Assembly (NCBI GenBank): GCA_947502835.1
Contig: CANNBJ010000003.1
Span: 376,825 to 440,824, forward strand
DNA length: 64,000 nucleotides
Direction: 5' to 3'
Source of the DNA: Bdellovibrionales bacterium
GTDB lineage: Bacteria > Bdellovibrionota > UBA1018 > CAIMNF01
Below are positions 27,295 to 37,859 of the stretch, in pieces (the stretch's first letter is position 1; each line of letters begins with the position of its first letter). The notes beneath the pieces were generated by a model, which saw only the letters and a list, made by a program, of their open reading frames with translations, was not told the origin of the DNA and did no database searches. The position numbers were made by a program, and so were the translations under genes.

Positions 27295-29010
27295 TTACAC
27301 TTCCTCCGCGTGGGTTGCACGGAAAAGCTCCTCGATGGTGGTGATTCCCTGAAGGACCTTGGCGATCCCGTCTTCACGAAGGGTGATCATGCCGCGCTCA
27401 ATCGCGGCTTTCTTGATTTGGCCGGCATCCACATTCCTGACAATCAAGCTCTTGATATGATCGTCCACGATCATCAGTTCATGGATGACGGTTCGCCCCG
27501 AGTAGCCGCTGTTGGAGCAGCTCGGGCAGCCCACGGCCTGGTAGAAGGTGGCCCCAACTGGCACTTTTTTCATTCCCATTTCGGTCATTTGGAACTCGGA
27601 TGGAGTGTGGGGCTCCCGGCATTTCAAGCACACCCTTCGAATCAATCGTTGAGCGACAACGCCCAAGAGAGAGGAAGCGATGAGAAAAGGCTCGACCCCC
27701 ATATCCACGAGTCGTGTAGTCGAACCCGCGGCATCGTTTGTATGGAGGGTGGAAAGAACCAAGTGACCCGTAAGGGATGCGTTGATCGCAATCTCGGCGG
27801 TTTCCTTGTCCCGAATTTCCCCGACCATGATCACATCCGGGTTTTGTCGAAGGAAGGAGCGCAGAGCAGTGGGAAAGGTGAGATTGATTTTGGCATTCAC
27901 CTGGACCTGGTTGATCCCGGGGATCTGGTACTCGACCGGGTCCTCCACTGTCATGATGTTGCGCTCAGGGGAGTTGAGCTTCATCAGGCAGGAGGAGAGG
28001 GTTGTGGATTTTCCGGAGCCGGTGGGGCCCGTGACAAGGATGATCCCGTACTTTCGGAAGATCAACTTGTCGATCGCCTCCACTGATCTTGGCGAAAACC
28101 CGCATTTCTGAAGCTCAAGGGGCGTGCCGCTTTGCTCGAGGATACGCATGACCACGCGCTCGCCATGGGTGGTGGGTACAGTGGAGAGACGGATGTCCAC
28201 ATCCTTCCCGGCAAGTTTGATCTTGATCCTTCCGTCCTGGGGAAGCCGCTTCTCGGCGATGTCCAGTTGGCCCATCACCTTGATCCGGGAAGAAATTGCG
28301 GCATGCGCGCGCTTGGGTTGGCGGATGATGTCGTAGAGAACCCCGTCGATGCGAAAGCGAACCACGAATTCTCTTTCAAACGGCTCGATATGAATGTCGG
28401 AGCACTTTTCCTTTACGGCGCGAAAGAGGAGGGAGTTTACGAACTTGATTACGGGTGCATCGTCTTCGGTGGCTTCGAGAATGTCGATCGGACCTTCGAG
28501 GTCGAGATCCTCTTCTGCGAATTCACCCTCGATGTTGCCGACCATGTTCGAGGTGGAGCGTTCATATACCCGGTTGATCGCGTCTTGGATCCGGATGGAG
28601 GTGCTGACCACTGTTTTGATCCTGTGCCCGGTCAGGGCCTGAAGGTCTTCTGCGATCGTCGGATTGAATGGATCCGCGACCGCAATGGTCATCACCTGGC
28701 CCATGGCATCTTCGGACAGGAAGAGAGGAATCACTTCCTTGGTCTTGGCATAGTTAATGGGAAGGTGAGCCACCAATGCGGGGTCAATGTCGTTGGCTTT
28801 CAGGTCCTCCTGGAAGGTAAGTCCGAGTTGGACGCACAGGGCCTTCATGATTTCATGCGGAAGAATCGAGTTGCTCTTCAGAAGAATCTCGCCGAGGAGT
28901 CCCCCCCGATCCCGTTGCTCCTGGAGGGCGCGCTCAAGCTGTTCCGGCTTGAGCGAAGTGTACTTCAGAAGGATTTCTCCGAGACGTTCGGGAGGCCTGC
29001 GATCCCTCAT
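27295..29010 (-). CDS. gspE: Type II secretion ATPase GspE
   Basis: N-terminal RLGEILL (MshEN-like); 'SDIHIEP', 'GPTGSGKSTT', 'EDPVE', 'LRQNPD', CxxC pairs. Confidence 0.96.
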   Translation of the reverse strand: MRDRRPPERLGEILLKYTSLKPEQLERALQEQRDRGGLLGEILLKSNSILPHEIMKALCVQLGLTFQEDLKANDIDPALVAHLPINYAKTKEVIPLFLSEDAMGQVMTIAVADPFNPTIAEDLQALTGHRIKTVVSTSIRIQDAINRVYERSTSNMVGNIEGEFAEEDLDLEGPIDILEATEDDAPVIKFVNSLLFRAVKEKCSDIHIEPFEREFVVRFRIDGVLYDIIRQPKRAHAAISSRIKVMGQLDIAEKRLPQDGRIKIKLAGKDVDIRLSTVPTTHGERVVMRILEQSGTPLELQKCGFSPRSVEAIDKLIFRKYGIILVTGPTGSGKSTTLSSCLMKLNSPERNIMTVEDPVEYQIPGINQVQVNAKINLTFPTALRSFLRQNPDVIMVGEIRDKETAEIAINASLTGHLVLSTLHTNDAAGSTTRLVDMGVEPFLIASSLLGVVAQRLIRRVCLKCREPHTPSEFQMTEMGMKKVPVGATFYQAVGCPSCSNSGYSGRTVIHELMIVDDHIKSLIVRNVDAGQIKKAAIERGMITLREDGIAKVLQGITTIEELFRATHAEEV

Positions 29011-31634
29011 GGATTTCCTCCGGAAACAGGGTCGGGAAGGGCTGGAATCGCATCCACCGGAGGTGCCGTGATCGGACCTGTTGAGCCAGAATCAGCCGGT
29101 GGCAGGGTGAGGGTTTCGTGGGAGTCTTCCTTCATGGGTTCCGGAAGTGTACCGTCAGCGGGTTCTTTTTGGGAACCCTTTTTGGTCTCTTCCTCGTCCA
29201 GCGTCACTGTTTTCTTTGGATTGTAGTTCTTGATGGACTTCACGTCGGGAAGGTTGCGGATGATTTGATTTCTCGCCTCGCGGTGTTGATCCTCCCCGCC
29301 AAAAGCCTTCTCCACAAACTCGTCCCGTTCCTTGAGCTTTCGATCCAGCACCATGCGAACATTCTCCGGCTGACGCATGATTCGGGGAGTGATGAAGAGC
29401 ATGAGATTGTTCTTTTCAACCGAGGCGGAACGGGATTTGAACAGCCATCCGAGGATCGGGATGTCGCCAAGCAGGGGAACCTTGTTGATGACCTCCGTTG
29501 CCTTGTCGCGGATCAGGCCTCCAAGTACGATGGTGTCGCCATCCGCGCACATGAGGCTTGTTTCAGCCGCACGCTTTGTGACGGAAGAGGCTTGTTCTTG
29601 AAGGGCCTTCGGCACCGAGCGCGCAGAGGCATCGCTGACGGTAGCCTTGATGTCCATCTTGATGAAGTTCGAGATTTTATTCAGTTGAGGCTTGATCTTG
29701 ATGGTGAGCGGTACATCCTGGAACTCAACGCCCACGTTTGAAACCCCAAGACCCGCATTCGTGATTTTCGGGATGGGGATCTTGTCGGTGGTATCAAACA
29801 CCGCCTCTGTATTCTCAAGCGTCATGATTTGCGGAGTCGCAAGAATGGATCCACTTGACGAGCTTTGAACGGCCTTGATCAATGCGGCCAGGTTCGGGAT
29901 CGTCACGTTCTGGTTGGTTCCGTTGAAGGGAATCGGAACCGAGGTGCCCGCTTCGCTCTTCCAGCGAAGAACCATGCCGGCCGAGGTTTGCGTCGGATCC
30001 TTGAGCCAATTCACAAGGTCCTGGGTGGGAGCAACCGAGGTTCCACCTGGAAGCAACACGTTTGCAGCGAAGTCGTTGTTGCGGCTCATGTTCATTTCCA
30101 TGATGACGACCTCGATGTAGATCTGGTCGCGGGGGATGTCGAGCTTGTTGATCACCCGCTGGATGGTTCCAAAGTCATTCGGAGAGGAAGTGATCACGAG
30201 TGAGTTCGTGGTCTTGTCAGGGGAGATCTTGATCTGCCCCTCAAACAGCGCGCCCTCGTTCGGATTGATTCCGAGTCCGCCACCAGCACCTCCGGGGGAG
30301 AACCCGGGACCGCCCGAGGATCGACCTGTTTGGCTGATGTCTTTCAGTGTCTTTGCCATGTCCTCTGCATCAGCAAACTGAAGGTACACGACATGTACTT
30401 TCCCGCCGCCCAGCGCTTGAGGCATCTTGCGGTCAAGTCTTGAGATCAGGGCGCGAACCTGCTCAACGCCTTTCGGGTTTGCGTGAACAATCAAAGTGTT
30501 GGTGCGCTCATCTGCAATGATGTTGTTGATGAGACCGCCTTCTTTGGTCCGGCGGGCCGCAAAATTAGAACGGGCACCGCCGCCGCCACCACCGAATCCG
30601 GGACGGCCCGGGAATGCAGCCTGGGTTCCGGGGAGGAGGGAGTCGATCAACTTCTGGATTTCAACCGCCGAGGCAAACTTCACCGAGATCACCTCGATTC
30701 CCGCGTCGAAACCTTCGACGTCGAGGAACTGGATCATTTTTGCGATCTTGTCGATGTTCGACCCGGTATCGGTGATGATCAAAGTATTCGTTTGTTCAAA
30801 CCCGTAAATCCTTGCGCCCATGTTGGCATAGGTTCGGATCACGTTTTCGAGTTCTTTGGCGCTGATGAATTTGATCTTGAAGATCTTGGTGACCAGGGCA
30901 TCGGTGTTCGGCGCCTTGGCATTCGAGTACAGGCGGACGTTTTTCCCTTTGGCGTCGTTTTGGCGCATGATCCTGAGGTATTTTCCTGTGGGAACGATGG
31001 CAAGGCCGTTCATGTCAAGCGAGGTGAGAAACGCGCGCCATGCATCTGCAACGGTGATCGGGGAATTCGAGATTACGGAAACCCTTCCCTTCACGTCCTT
31101 GTCGAGGATGAAGTTCTTCCCGGTGAGGCGTCCCAGGGTTTTGGCGATGTCCATGATGTCTGCATCGGGAAAATTGAAGTCCGTGATGAGTTCGCGGTCG
31201 GCTGCATCGCCCGCTCCGCTCTCGTTGTCCACAAAGAGGGTGGGGACTTCGTTCTTCGACTTGATTCCTCTTTCGGTGCCGGGACCGGAGAGCTCATATC
31301 CTTTTTTTCCTCGATTCAAGGCAGGACCGGACTTGTCGTCGGGAGTGCCGCCCACACTGATGCCCCCTGAGAAACTGTCATCCGAAACACCACCGCGTCC
31401 ACCCGCTTTGCCACGGGTTCTCGGAGCCGGAGGGGGATCGAATTCGTCGAACTCATCAAATTCCTCCTCGCCACCCGGATCATTCAGGGGATTGCCGATG
31501 GGGGCACCCCCGGGTCGGAAGCCATTGGACTGGGCAAGGCCGACTTCCGAAAAAATCAGAAGGAGAATGCCGAGCAAAGCGCAGAGACCAAATACAAAAC
31601 TCATTCGGGTCGACCAGGTGTTATCGGATGTCAT
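29007..31634 (-). CDS. gspD: Type II secretion secretin GspD
   Basis: 'FNFPDADI', N-domain repeats 'DERTNTLIV', 'KVPLLGDIPILGWLFKS', 'MLFITPRI'. Confidence 0.95.
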   Translation of the reverse strand: MTSDNTWSTRMSFVFGLCALLGILLLIFSEVGLAQSNGFRPGGAPIGNPLNDPGGEEEFDEFDEFDPPPAPRTRGKAGGRGGVSDDSFSGGISVGGTPDDKSGPALNRGKKGYELSGPGTERGIKSKNEVPTLFVDNESGAGDAADRELITDFNFPDADIMDIAKTLGRLTGKNFILDKDVKGRVSVISNSPITVADAWRAFLTSLDMNGLAIVPTGKYLRIMRQNDAKGKNVRLYSNAKAPNTDALVTKIFKIKFISAKELENVIRTYANMGARIYGFEQTNTLIITDTGSNIDKIAKMIQFLDVEGFDAGIEVISVKFASAVEIQKLIDSLLPGTQAAFPGRPGFGGGGGGARSNFAARRTKEGGLINNIIADERTNTLIVHANPKGVEQVRALISRLDRKMPQALGGGKVHVVYLQFADAEDMAKTLKDISQTGRSSGGPGFSPGGAGGGLGINPNEGALFEGQIKISPDKTTNSLVITSSPNDFGTIQRVINKLDIPRDQIYIEVVIMEMNMSRNNDFAANVLLPGGTSVAPTQDLVNWLKDPTQTSAGMVLRWKSEAGTSVPIPFNGTNQNVTIPNLAALIKAVQSSSSGSILATPQIMTLENTEAVFDTTDKIPIPKITNAGLGVSNVGVEFQDVPLTIKIKPQLNKISNFIKMDIKATVSDASARSVPKALQEQASSVTKRAAETSLMCADGDTIVLGGLIRDKATEVINKVPLLGDIPILGWLFKSRSASVEKNNLMLFITPRIMRQPENVRMVLDRKLKERDEFVEKAFGGEDQHREARNQIIRNLPDVKSIKNYNPKKTVTLDEEETKKGSQKEPADGTLPEPMKEDSHETLTLPPADSGSTGPITAPPVDAIPALPDPVSGGNP

Positions 31635-32595
31635 AATTGAAATTTACTTCCTTTCCACCCCGCTCGATCGTCATGTCGAGCGAGGACATGGATTTCAGTC
31701 CTTGCAACAATTCAAACGCTTTTGCCGCGTCGGTCACTTTTTCGCCATTCACCGAGCGGATCACATCACCGTCCTTGAAGCCGGCTTTTTGGTAGAAGCT
31801 GTTTGGAACGATTTGGGTGAGCCGGAAGCCAACCATCTGGCCCCCGCGCATCTCAGGTACCGCGCGAGCCTGGGTGAGAAGGGCATTGAAGTTCGCCATC
31901 TGCGAGTCAATCTCCTGGCGACCAATGACGAAGCGATTTTCTTCGAGCTGGTTGATTCCCGTGGAGGGAGCCGACTTGGGTCTCAGGCTCGCCGCTGAAA
32001 TCTTGATTGCAGGATCTTCTGGAATTTCAACAAATTCCTTTCTTCTCGCGGTGGTATTGATGAAGATCACCTTTCGAGGCTCCACGCTCAGGATTTGAAC
32101 GTTTTCGCCGATCATGTCGCCGATTCGTACCGGATACAGTTTGCCATCGCCCTTGTCTTGAATCGCGGCAAGAGAGCGGGCGGGGTTCCGGAAGATCACC
32201 GTGCCCACCAGTTGGAAGTTCAGGGTTGTGGGAACCGGAGCCGCTTCAAGATCGATGGAGTCTCCCGATTTTTTCTCGATTTTGCTCGAGAAGAGGTTCC
32301 TTTCGTTGATGATCTCGTAGCTGTAGGAGCCCGACATTCCGAAGCTCTGGCCGGAGGAGCGGGAAGAAAGAGGGGAGACAGGCGGGCTGGGAAGATATTT
32401 TTCAACCAGGAGGGCATTCAAATCCGCGATGAGGCTTGCGCAGATGATGAAGCAGAGCCAAAACGAAATGGTCTTTATGTTGTCCGAGTCGGCGAGCTTT
32501 TCTGAGAGGGAAGCCAAAGAGCTGGCGCCCGAGGCGGCACCCACCGGGAAGGCGGAAGCACTGACTTCAGCTGGTTTGCGACCGAAAAACCCCAT
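31621..32595 (-). CDS. gspC: Type II secretion protein GspC with PDZ domain
   Basis: TM, HR domain 'LVGTV', PDZ 'GFKDGDVIRSVNG'; ATG at 32595 has SD GGAGG. Confidence 0.9.
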   Translation of the reverse strand: MGFFGRKPAEVSASAFPVGAASGASSLASLSEKLADSDNIKTISFWLCFIICASLIADLNALLVEKYLPSPPVSPLSSRSSGQSFGMSGSYSYEIINERNLFSSKIEKKSGDSIDLEAAPVPTTLNFQLVGTVIFRNPARSLAAIQDKGDGKLYPVRIGDMIGENVQILSVEPRKVIFINTTARRKEFVEIPEDPAIKISAASLRPKSAPSTGINQLEENRFVIGRQEIDSQMANFNALLTQARAVPEMRGGQMVGFRLTQIVPNSFYQKAGFKDGDVIRSVNGEKVTDAAKAFELLQGLKSMSSLDMTIERGGKEVNFNYDIR

Positions 32596-32819
32596 GTACC
32601 CTCCCTTGGTTGAATGAATGAAACGCCGCACGAAAGAAGAAAGCAAAAAAGATGCCATGATCCAGATCAAGAAAATTAAATTCTTAAGTGCATGTTGTGC
32701 AGGAGAAAAATCCCCATTATCCTCTTTTAGGTCTGTGATGGAAATGAGCTTTGCGTAATGCGTCTGACAGTTTGTCATGACAGCCTGTCGAAAACAGGAA
32801 TCTTCTGAAAGGATTCGAT

Positions 32820-34556
32820 ATGTCCACATCCGAGAACAGCTTTTTGAAATCATTGTTTTTTGGCCAGATCCGGGAAGAGTTCATTTTCCCCTATCCAAAG
32901 CCGAAGGCGGAGACAGCAGAAACAGTCGGGATGATTCTCGATACCATCGATAAATTCGGAAAAGACATTGTGAAGTCTGCGGAATGGGACGAGATGGCCG
33001 CGATGCCAATCGAAGTCGTGCATCAAATGGCCGAAATGGGACTCACCGGACTTGGAGTAAAAGAGGAATTTGGAGGACTTGGTCTGCCTCAGAGCGGGTA
33101 CGCACGGGTGATGCAACAAATTGCATCCCTCGATGGCTCGCTTGCGGTCACATTGGGTGCGCATCAGAGCATCGGATACAAGTGTCTGATGTTGTTCGGG
33201 ACCGATGAGCAGAAAAAGAAATATCTGCCGAAACTTGCGACCGGCGAAATGATCGCAGCGTTTTGCCTTACGGAACCATCCAGTGGTTCGGATGCGGCTT
33301 CGATCCAGACGCGAGCGGTTCTTTCAGCGGATGGCAAGTATTACACCCTGACCGGGAACAAGCTTTGGATCACCAATGGAGAGATCGCCCAGTTTCTCAC
33401 CGTGTTTGCGAAGACGGAAGTGGTGGAAAACGGTGAAAAGAAAGACAAAGTCACCTGTTTCATCGTGGAAGCTCCTGCCGAGGGAGTCAGTGCTGGAGCT
33501 CGGGAACACAAGCTCGGGATTCGTGCGTCCTGGACGAACGCCATTCACCTCGACAAGGTGAAAGTTCCCGTGGAGAACATTGTGGGCGGAGTGGGATATG
33601 GATTCAAAGTCGCCATGGGAATTCTCAATCATGGCCGACTGGGACTTGCTGCAGGCTGTGTTGGAGTTGCGAAGAACGCGATCAAGGCTTCAATTGAGCA
33701 CGCCAACGAGCGCGAACAGTTCAAAAAGAAGATCGGCGATTTTGGAATGATCAAGGAAAAGATCGCCCGGATGGTCATGAACAATTATGCAGCCGAGAGC
33801 ATGGTGTACATGACGACCCACTTCATCGATCGTGGCGACATGGATTATTCCATGGAAAGTGCCGCAGCCAAGGTGTTCTGCACCGAAATGCTTTGGGAGA
33901 CCGTGGATGAGAACATTCAGGTCTGGGCTGGAAACGGTTTCATGAAGGAATATCCGTTTGAACGGTGGCTCAGGGATTCCCGCATCAACCGGATTTTCGA
34001 AGGGACCAATGAAATCCTGCGTGCGTTTGTGGCACTCTCAGGAATGCAGGGGCCGGGGCAGGAGCTTTCCGGGCTGGCCAAGGCCATTCAGCACCCGCTG
34101 AAGGGGCTTGGAGTGGTGACGGATTATGCGACCCGTAAAGTGAAGCAAGGCGTGTTTGGTGAAACCATGACCAAGCCTCATCCGCGACTCAAGAAGCTTG
34201 CGGGCTTTCTTGAGGAGTACACACTTGAGCTTTCCCAGCAGGTGGAGACCTTGCTGAAGCGCCACGGCAAAGAGATTCATCTCAAGCAGTTTGCGCAAAA
34301 ACGCGTGGCTGACATCGTGATTGATCTTTATGCGATGTATTGCGTTCTTTCGCGGGTGACCGCTTCCATTGAGGCGAATGGCGAAGAGAAAGCCCAGATG
34401 GAGATTGCGATTGCGGAAGCCTTCTTTTCAAAGTCCAATCGCAGAATCCGGGGTAATTTCAAGGCGATGAACCGCAATGAGGACGAACTCATGAAGTTCA
34501 TTGCGGAGAAAAGCTATGAACTCGGTGGCTATCCCTACGACGTCTTCAAGTCCTGA
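32820..34556 (+). CDS. Acyl-CoA dehydrogenase (ACAD9/VLCAD-like, long C-terminus)
   Basis: 'AFCLTEPSSGSDA', 'GNKLWITNG', 'RINRIFEGTNEI'. Confidence 0.95.
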   Translation: MSTSENSFLKSLFFGQIREEFIFPYPKPKAETAETVGMILDTIDKFGKDIVKSAEWDEMAAMPIEVVHQMAEMGLTGLGVKEEFGGLGLPQSGYARVMQQIASLDGSLAVTLGAHQSIGYKCLMLFGTDEQKKKYLPKLATGEMIAAFCLTEPSSGSDAASIQTRAVLSADGKYYTLTGNKLWITNGEIAQFLTVFAKTEVVENGEKKDKVTCFIVEAPAEGVSAGAREHKLGIRASWTNAIHLDKVKVPVENIVGGVGYGFKVAMGILNHGRLGLAAGCVGVAKNAIKASIEHANEREQFKKKIGDFGMIKEKIARMVMNNYAAESMVYMTTHFIDRGDMDYSMESAAAKVFCTEMLWETVDENIQVWAGNGFMKEYPFERWLRDSRINRIFEGTNEILRAFVALSGMQGPGQELSGLAKAIQHPLKGLGVVTDYATRKVKQGVFGETMTKPHPRLKKLAGFLEEYTLELSQQVETLLKRHGKEIHLKQFAQKRVADIVIDLYAMYCVLSRVTASIEANGEEKAQMEIAIAEAFFSKSNRRIRGNFKAMNRNEDELMKFIAEKSYELGGYPYDVFKS

Positions 34557-34562
34557 GTTGAA

Positions 34563-35045
34563 TCAGGAAGCGAAGATTTGTTGGATTTCCTGCTCGACGA
34601 CAGACTCTTGGGTCCGCTTGGCGATCGAGATTTCCTTTACAATGAGGGCTTTTGCCTGATCGAGCATCTTGCGTTCGCCGAAGGACAGGTCCTTGGAGTG
34701 GCGAAGCAGGAAGAGGTCGCGGAGAACTTCGGAAATTTCGTAAATGGAGCCTGTTTTGATCTTTTCCATGTAATCACGATACCGGCGATTCCAGGTGGTT
34801 TGGTCGATCTTCACGTCACGCATTTTGAGAATGGAATAGACCTGGGTTACGTCTTTGTCGGAGATGATGCTGCGTAGGCCAACAGCCTCGGCATTGTCGG
34901 TAGGAACCATGATGGTCATCTGGTTTTCGAGCACCTGAAGAACGTAAAACCGCTTCTTCTTGCCCCCCACATCCCGTTCGTCGATTCTCTTGATGACTGC
35001 AATTCCGTGGGCTGGGTAGACGGCGCTTTCTCCAACTTTGAACAT
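34563..35045 (-). CDS. carD: CarD/CdnL family transcription factor
   Basis: 'MFKVGESAVYPAHG', 'TWNRRYR', 'LSFGERKML'; SD GGAGG before ATG 35045. Confidence 0.94.
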   Translation of the reverse strand: MFKVGESAVYPAHGIAVIKRIDERDVGGKKKRFYVLQVLENQMTIMVPTDNAEAVGLRSIISDKDVTQVYSILKMRDVKIDQTTWNRRYRDYMEKIKTGSIYEISEVLRDLFLLRHSKDLSFGERKMLDQAKALIVKEISIAKRTQESVVEQEIQQIFAS

Positions 35046-35207
35046 GCTTTCAGTACCTCCGAGCAATGTCCGCGGAGTATACCATACTTTTTGGTTCTGG
35101 TAAATGTGAAAGTATCCAGAGGGCCTGTGTTTGCTCAATGACTTTCGATGACACTGGAAGATAATGGCCATTTTACAGAGTCTGAGGCTGGGGTATGGTT
35201 TTACCAA

Positions 35208-36716
35208 ATGATTGAAAAAAAGATCTTCCTTACCAACACACGCACCCACAAAAAAGAGGAATTTCGGACGCTCACCCCCGGAGAGGTGAAGATGTATTCC
35301 TGCGGTCCCACTGTTTATGGCGAGATTCATATCGGGAATCTGAGGGCAGGGCTGACCGCCGATCTCTTTTACCGGCTCTTCAAGCGCTTTGGATACAAGG
35401 TGAACTATGTGCGCAACTACACGGATATTGATGACAAGATCATCAAGCGCGCGAAGGAAGAGGGTGTGGACATGGGTGTCATTACCCGGAAATACATCGA
35501 GGCTGCGGAGCGGAATTATGCGCTCGCCAAGATGGAGGAGCCCACGAAAAAGACACTCGTGACGGAGCATTTGCCTGAGATCATTGCGATGATCGAGGCG
35601 ATTCTGAAGAACGGGAAAGGCTATGTTACGACGGAGGGGGATGTTTATTTCGCGATTGATTCATTTCCGAAATATGGAGCGCTTTCTGGGAAAACCCTTG
35701 AAGATCTGAAGGCGGGGGCGCGGGTTGAGGTGAGCGAGGTCAAGAAAAACGTGGCTGATTTCGCCCTTTGGAAGCGGGCAAAACCCGGAGAGCCTTCTTG
35801 GGAATCCCCGTGGGGAGCGGGGCGACCGGGATGGCACATCGAGTGCTCTGCCATGGCATGCAAGTGGCTTGGGCCAAAAATGGATCTGCATCATGGCGGC
35901 GAGGATCTGGTGTTTCCTCATCATGAAAATGAAATTGCCCAAAGTGAGGCTGCGACGGGAGTGGCGCCTTATGTCGGCACTTGGGTTCATAATGCATTTC
36001 TGACTTTTTCATCCGAGAAAATGTCGAAGAGTCTTGGAAACATCGTGAACGCCATCGATTTTTTGTCGCAGTATGGGGGAGAGGTCGCCCGGATGGCGTT
36101 TCTTTCGGTGCATTACAGGTCTCCCTTTGATTTCAGTCCGGAAACCGTGGATTCAGCCATCACGGGTCTTGATCGGATTTACGAATCGAAACTTTCTGCC
36201 GAAAAACTCATGACTCAAAAGATGGTGCACGTGGATCCGGTTGCGGAAGCGCTTTGGGGAAGCTTTTTCATCGATTGCGACCGGACGAGAAATTCGATCC
36301 TTGAACACTATGCGAATGATTTGAACACCTCGGGCGCACTCTCCGAGCTATTTGCGTTGATTCGTGAGTGGAATCGAATCCTCTCGACCGGAAATGCGCG
36401 CAATACTCCTGCCGCAATTCTGGCTGCACGCGAGTTCATCAAAGTATTGGAAGAGGAGATCGGCTCCGTGATCGGGGTTGGCAGGATGGGGGCGGAAACC
36501 ATGCTTGCGCATCTGGGATCCCTTCGCGCGCTTCGATCCAAAAACGAAGGAAAAGAAGTTCTGAGCGGGGAGGACGTGGAGCGGCACTTGGCAGAGCGAA
36601 AGGCTGCACGAGCCAATCGGGATTTCAAGCGATCCGATGAGATTCGAGATTTTCTTTTGTCCAAGGGCGTGGAAATCAAGGATTCGCCAGCGGGAACCAC
36701 TTGGACGCGCAGGTGA
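35208..36716 (+). CDS. cysS: Cysteine--tRNA ligase
   Basis: 'CGPTVY', HIGN, 'GRPGWHIECSAM', 'FPHHENEIAQ', KMSKS. Confidence 0.98.
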   Translation: MIEKKIFLTNTRTHKKEEFRTLTPGEVKMYSCGPTVYGEIHIGNLRAGLTADLFYRLFKRFGYKVNYVRNYTDIDDKIIKRAKEEGVDMGVITRKYIEAAERNYALAKMEEPTKKTLVTEHLPEIIAMIEAILKNGKGYVTTEGDVYFAIDSFPKYGALSGKTLEDLKAGARVEVSEVKKNVADFALWKRAKPGEPSWESPWGAGRPGWHIECSAMACKWLGPKMDLHHGGEDLVFPHHENEIAQSEAATGVAPYVGTWVHNAFLTFSSEKMSKSLGNIVNAIDFLSQYGGEVARMAFLSVHYRSPFDFSPETVDSAITGLDRIYESKLSAEKLMTQKMVHVDPVAEALWGSFFIDCDRTRNSILEHYANDLNTSGALSELFALIREWNRILSTGNARNTPAAILAAREFIKVLEEEIGSVIGVGRMGAETMLAHLGSLRALRSKNEGKEVLSGEDVERHLAERKAARANRDFKRSDEIRDFLLSKGVEIKDSPAGTTWTRR

Positions 36717-36828
36717 GCGGGGTGTGAGTTTGTTTTGAGTGCTTTGCTCAACCATGCCGGTTGGATCCTCGTTGATTTATTAAACAATGCTTGTTACAAC
36801 TCAGCCCGTTCGGGTGGAGGACACACGC

Positions 36829-37845
36829 ATGACTCGATTCACTTCCCTCTTCATTCTTCTTACGGCAGCATTCTCGATCTTTGATGCCCGCGCCCAGGAG
36901 CTCGAGACCTTCCAGGACGCCTTTGTGGATCCGCATCCCTACCAGTCCCAGAGTTTCTTCCGGTTGGGCGAGAGTTCACTGGATGCCGGGTTGATCCAAG
37001 TGGTGCTTCCCAAAGCTGTGCCGGAATACCGTTTCTGGTTGGCCGGGGATCCGGATCAGCAGGTCCGGCAAAATGCGATGCTTGCGTTTGACAAGAGAAA
37101 TCCCCTTCCTGCCACCGAGTTTGCAGGAAGCAATTACATTTTCACCAAGGGCGGCTACCTCTCCACGCTGACCGCAGATGGATATCTTGTGTACAAGGGA
37201 AAAGTTGCCTTTCGGCCGGCTGTTTCTGGCGGGGTGTGGTTTGTTGTGGAAGGAACCCGCGAGCTGTATGCGGTCGATTCCTATGGATTCTATGTCAATA
37301 CCGGCATCCGTGTGGGAGCGGTTCGAGTTGCGGGAGGCAATTATCTCATCGATTCCTCGGGACTCCTGATCACGATCAAGTCGGCCGGAGCGGGCCCCGG
37401 TTCTTCGGTCGGGATTGCCACAAAGAAAGAAGGATGGAACTTCTCGAATGTGTCCCGTGCGGGCGGGAGTTATTTTGTGAAGACTGACGGGACGCTGGTG
37501 TCGATTGATTCGAAAACCGGATTTTTTCAGGAGTCCACCCTTGAATCAAGGCCTGTGATCACGGGCGGGAATTATTTTGTCGGGGAGAATGGTGTTTTCT
37601 ACTCCCTCACCTTCGAGGGTCGGGTGCTCCGGAATGAGGAGATCCGGGTGGTCGGTCCACCTGTGGTGGTGGGCTACAATGTTCTCAAGTTTGAGGACGG
37701 GTTGATTGCTGTGGTGGATGTGGAGGGGAAGGTTCACCGGAATCTGATCCGTGTTTCCACGACAGGTGTCAGGGTGAGAGTGGTGAACACTCTTGACGTC
37801 GATCTTGATCCGGCATCATTTTTTGTTCCGAGGATCTTGAATTGA
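36829..37845 (+). CDS. Secreted repeat protein, probable beta-propeller
   Basis: Signal peptide (ARA); about six 'GG[NS]Y[FL]...G.L..[IV]...G' repeats; SD GGAGG. Confidence 0.7.
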   Translation: MTRFTSLFILLTAAFSIFDARAQELETFQDAFVDPHPYQSQSFFRLGESSLDAGLIQVVLPKAVPEYRFWLAGDPDQQVRQNAMLAFDKRNPLPATEFAGSNYIFTKGGYLSTLTADGYLVYKGKVAFRPAVSGGVWFVVEGTRELYAVDSYGFYVNTGIRVGAVRVAGGNYLIDSSGLLITIKSAGAGPGSSVGIATKKEGWNFSNVSRAGGSYFVKTDGTLVSIDSKTGFFQESTLESRPVITGGNYFVGENGVFYSLTFEGRVLRNEEIRVVGPPVVVGYNVLKFEDGLIAVVDVEGKVHRNLIRVSTTGVRVRVVNTLDVDLDPASFFVPRILN

Positions 37846-37859
37846 GAAAGGGCTTCGAC

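Noticed and set aside
32596-32853. 86-aa N-terminal extension of GspC in the ORF track
   Set aside because: It spans the divergent promoter region; the SD supports ATG 32595
35046-35570. 175-aa N-terminal extension of CarD in the ORF track
   Set aside because: It runs antisense into cysS; ATG 35045 has a strong SD and gives a canonical CarD length
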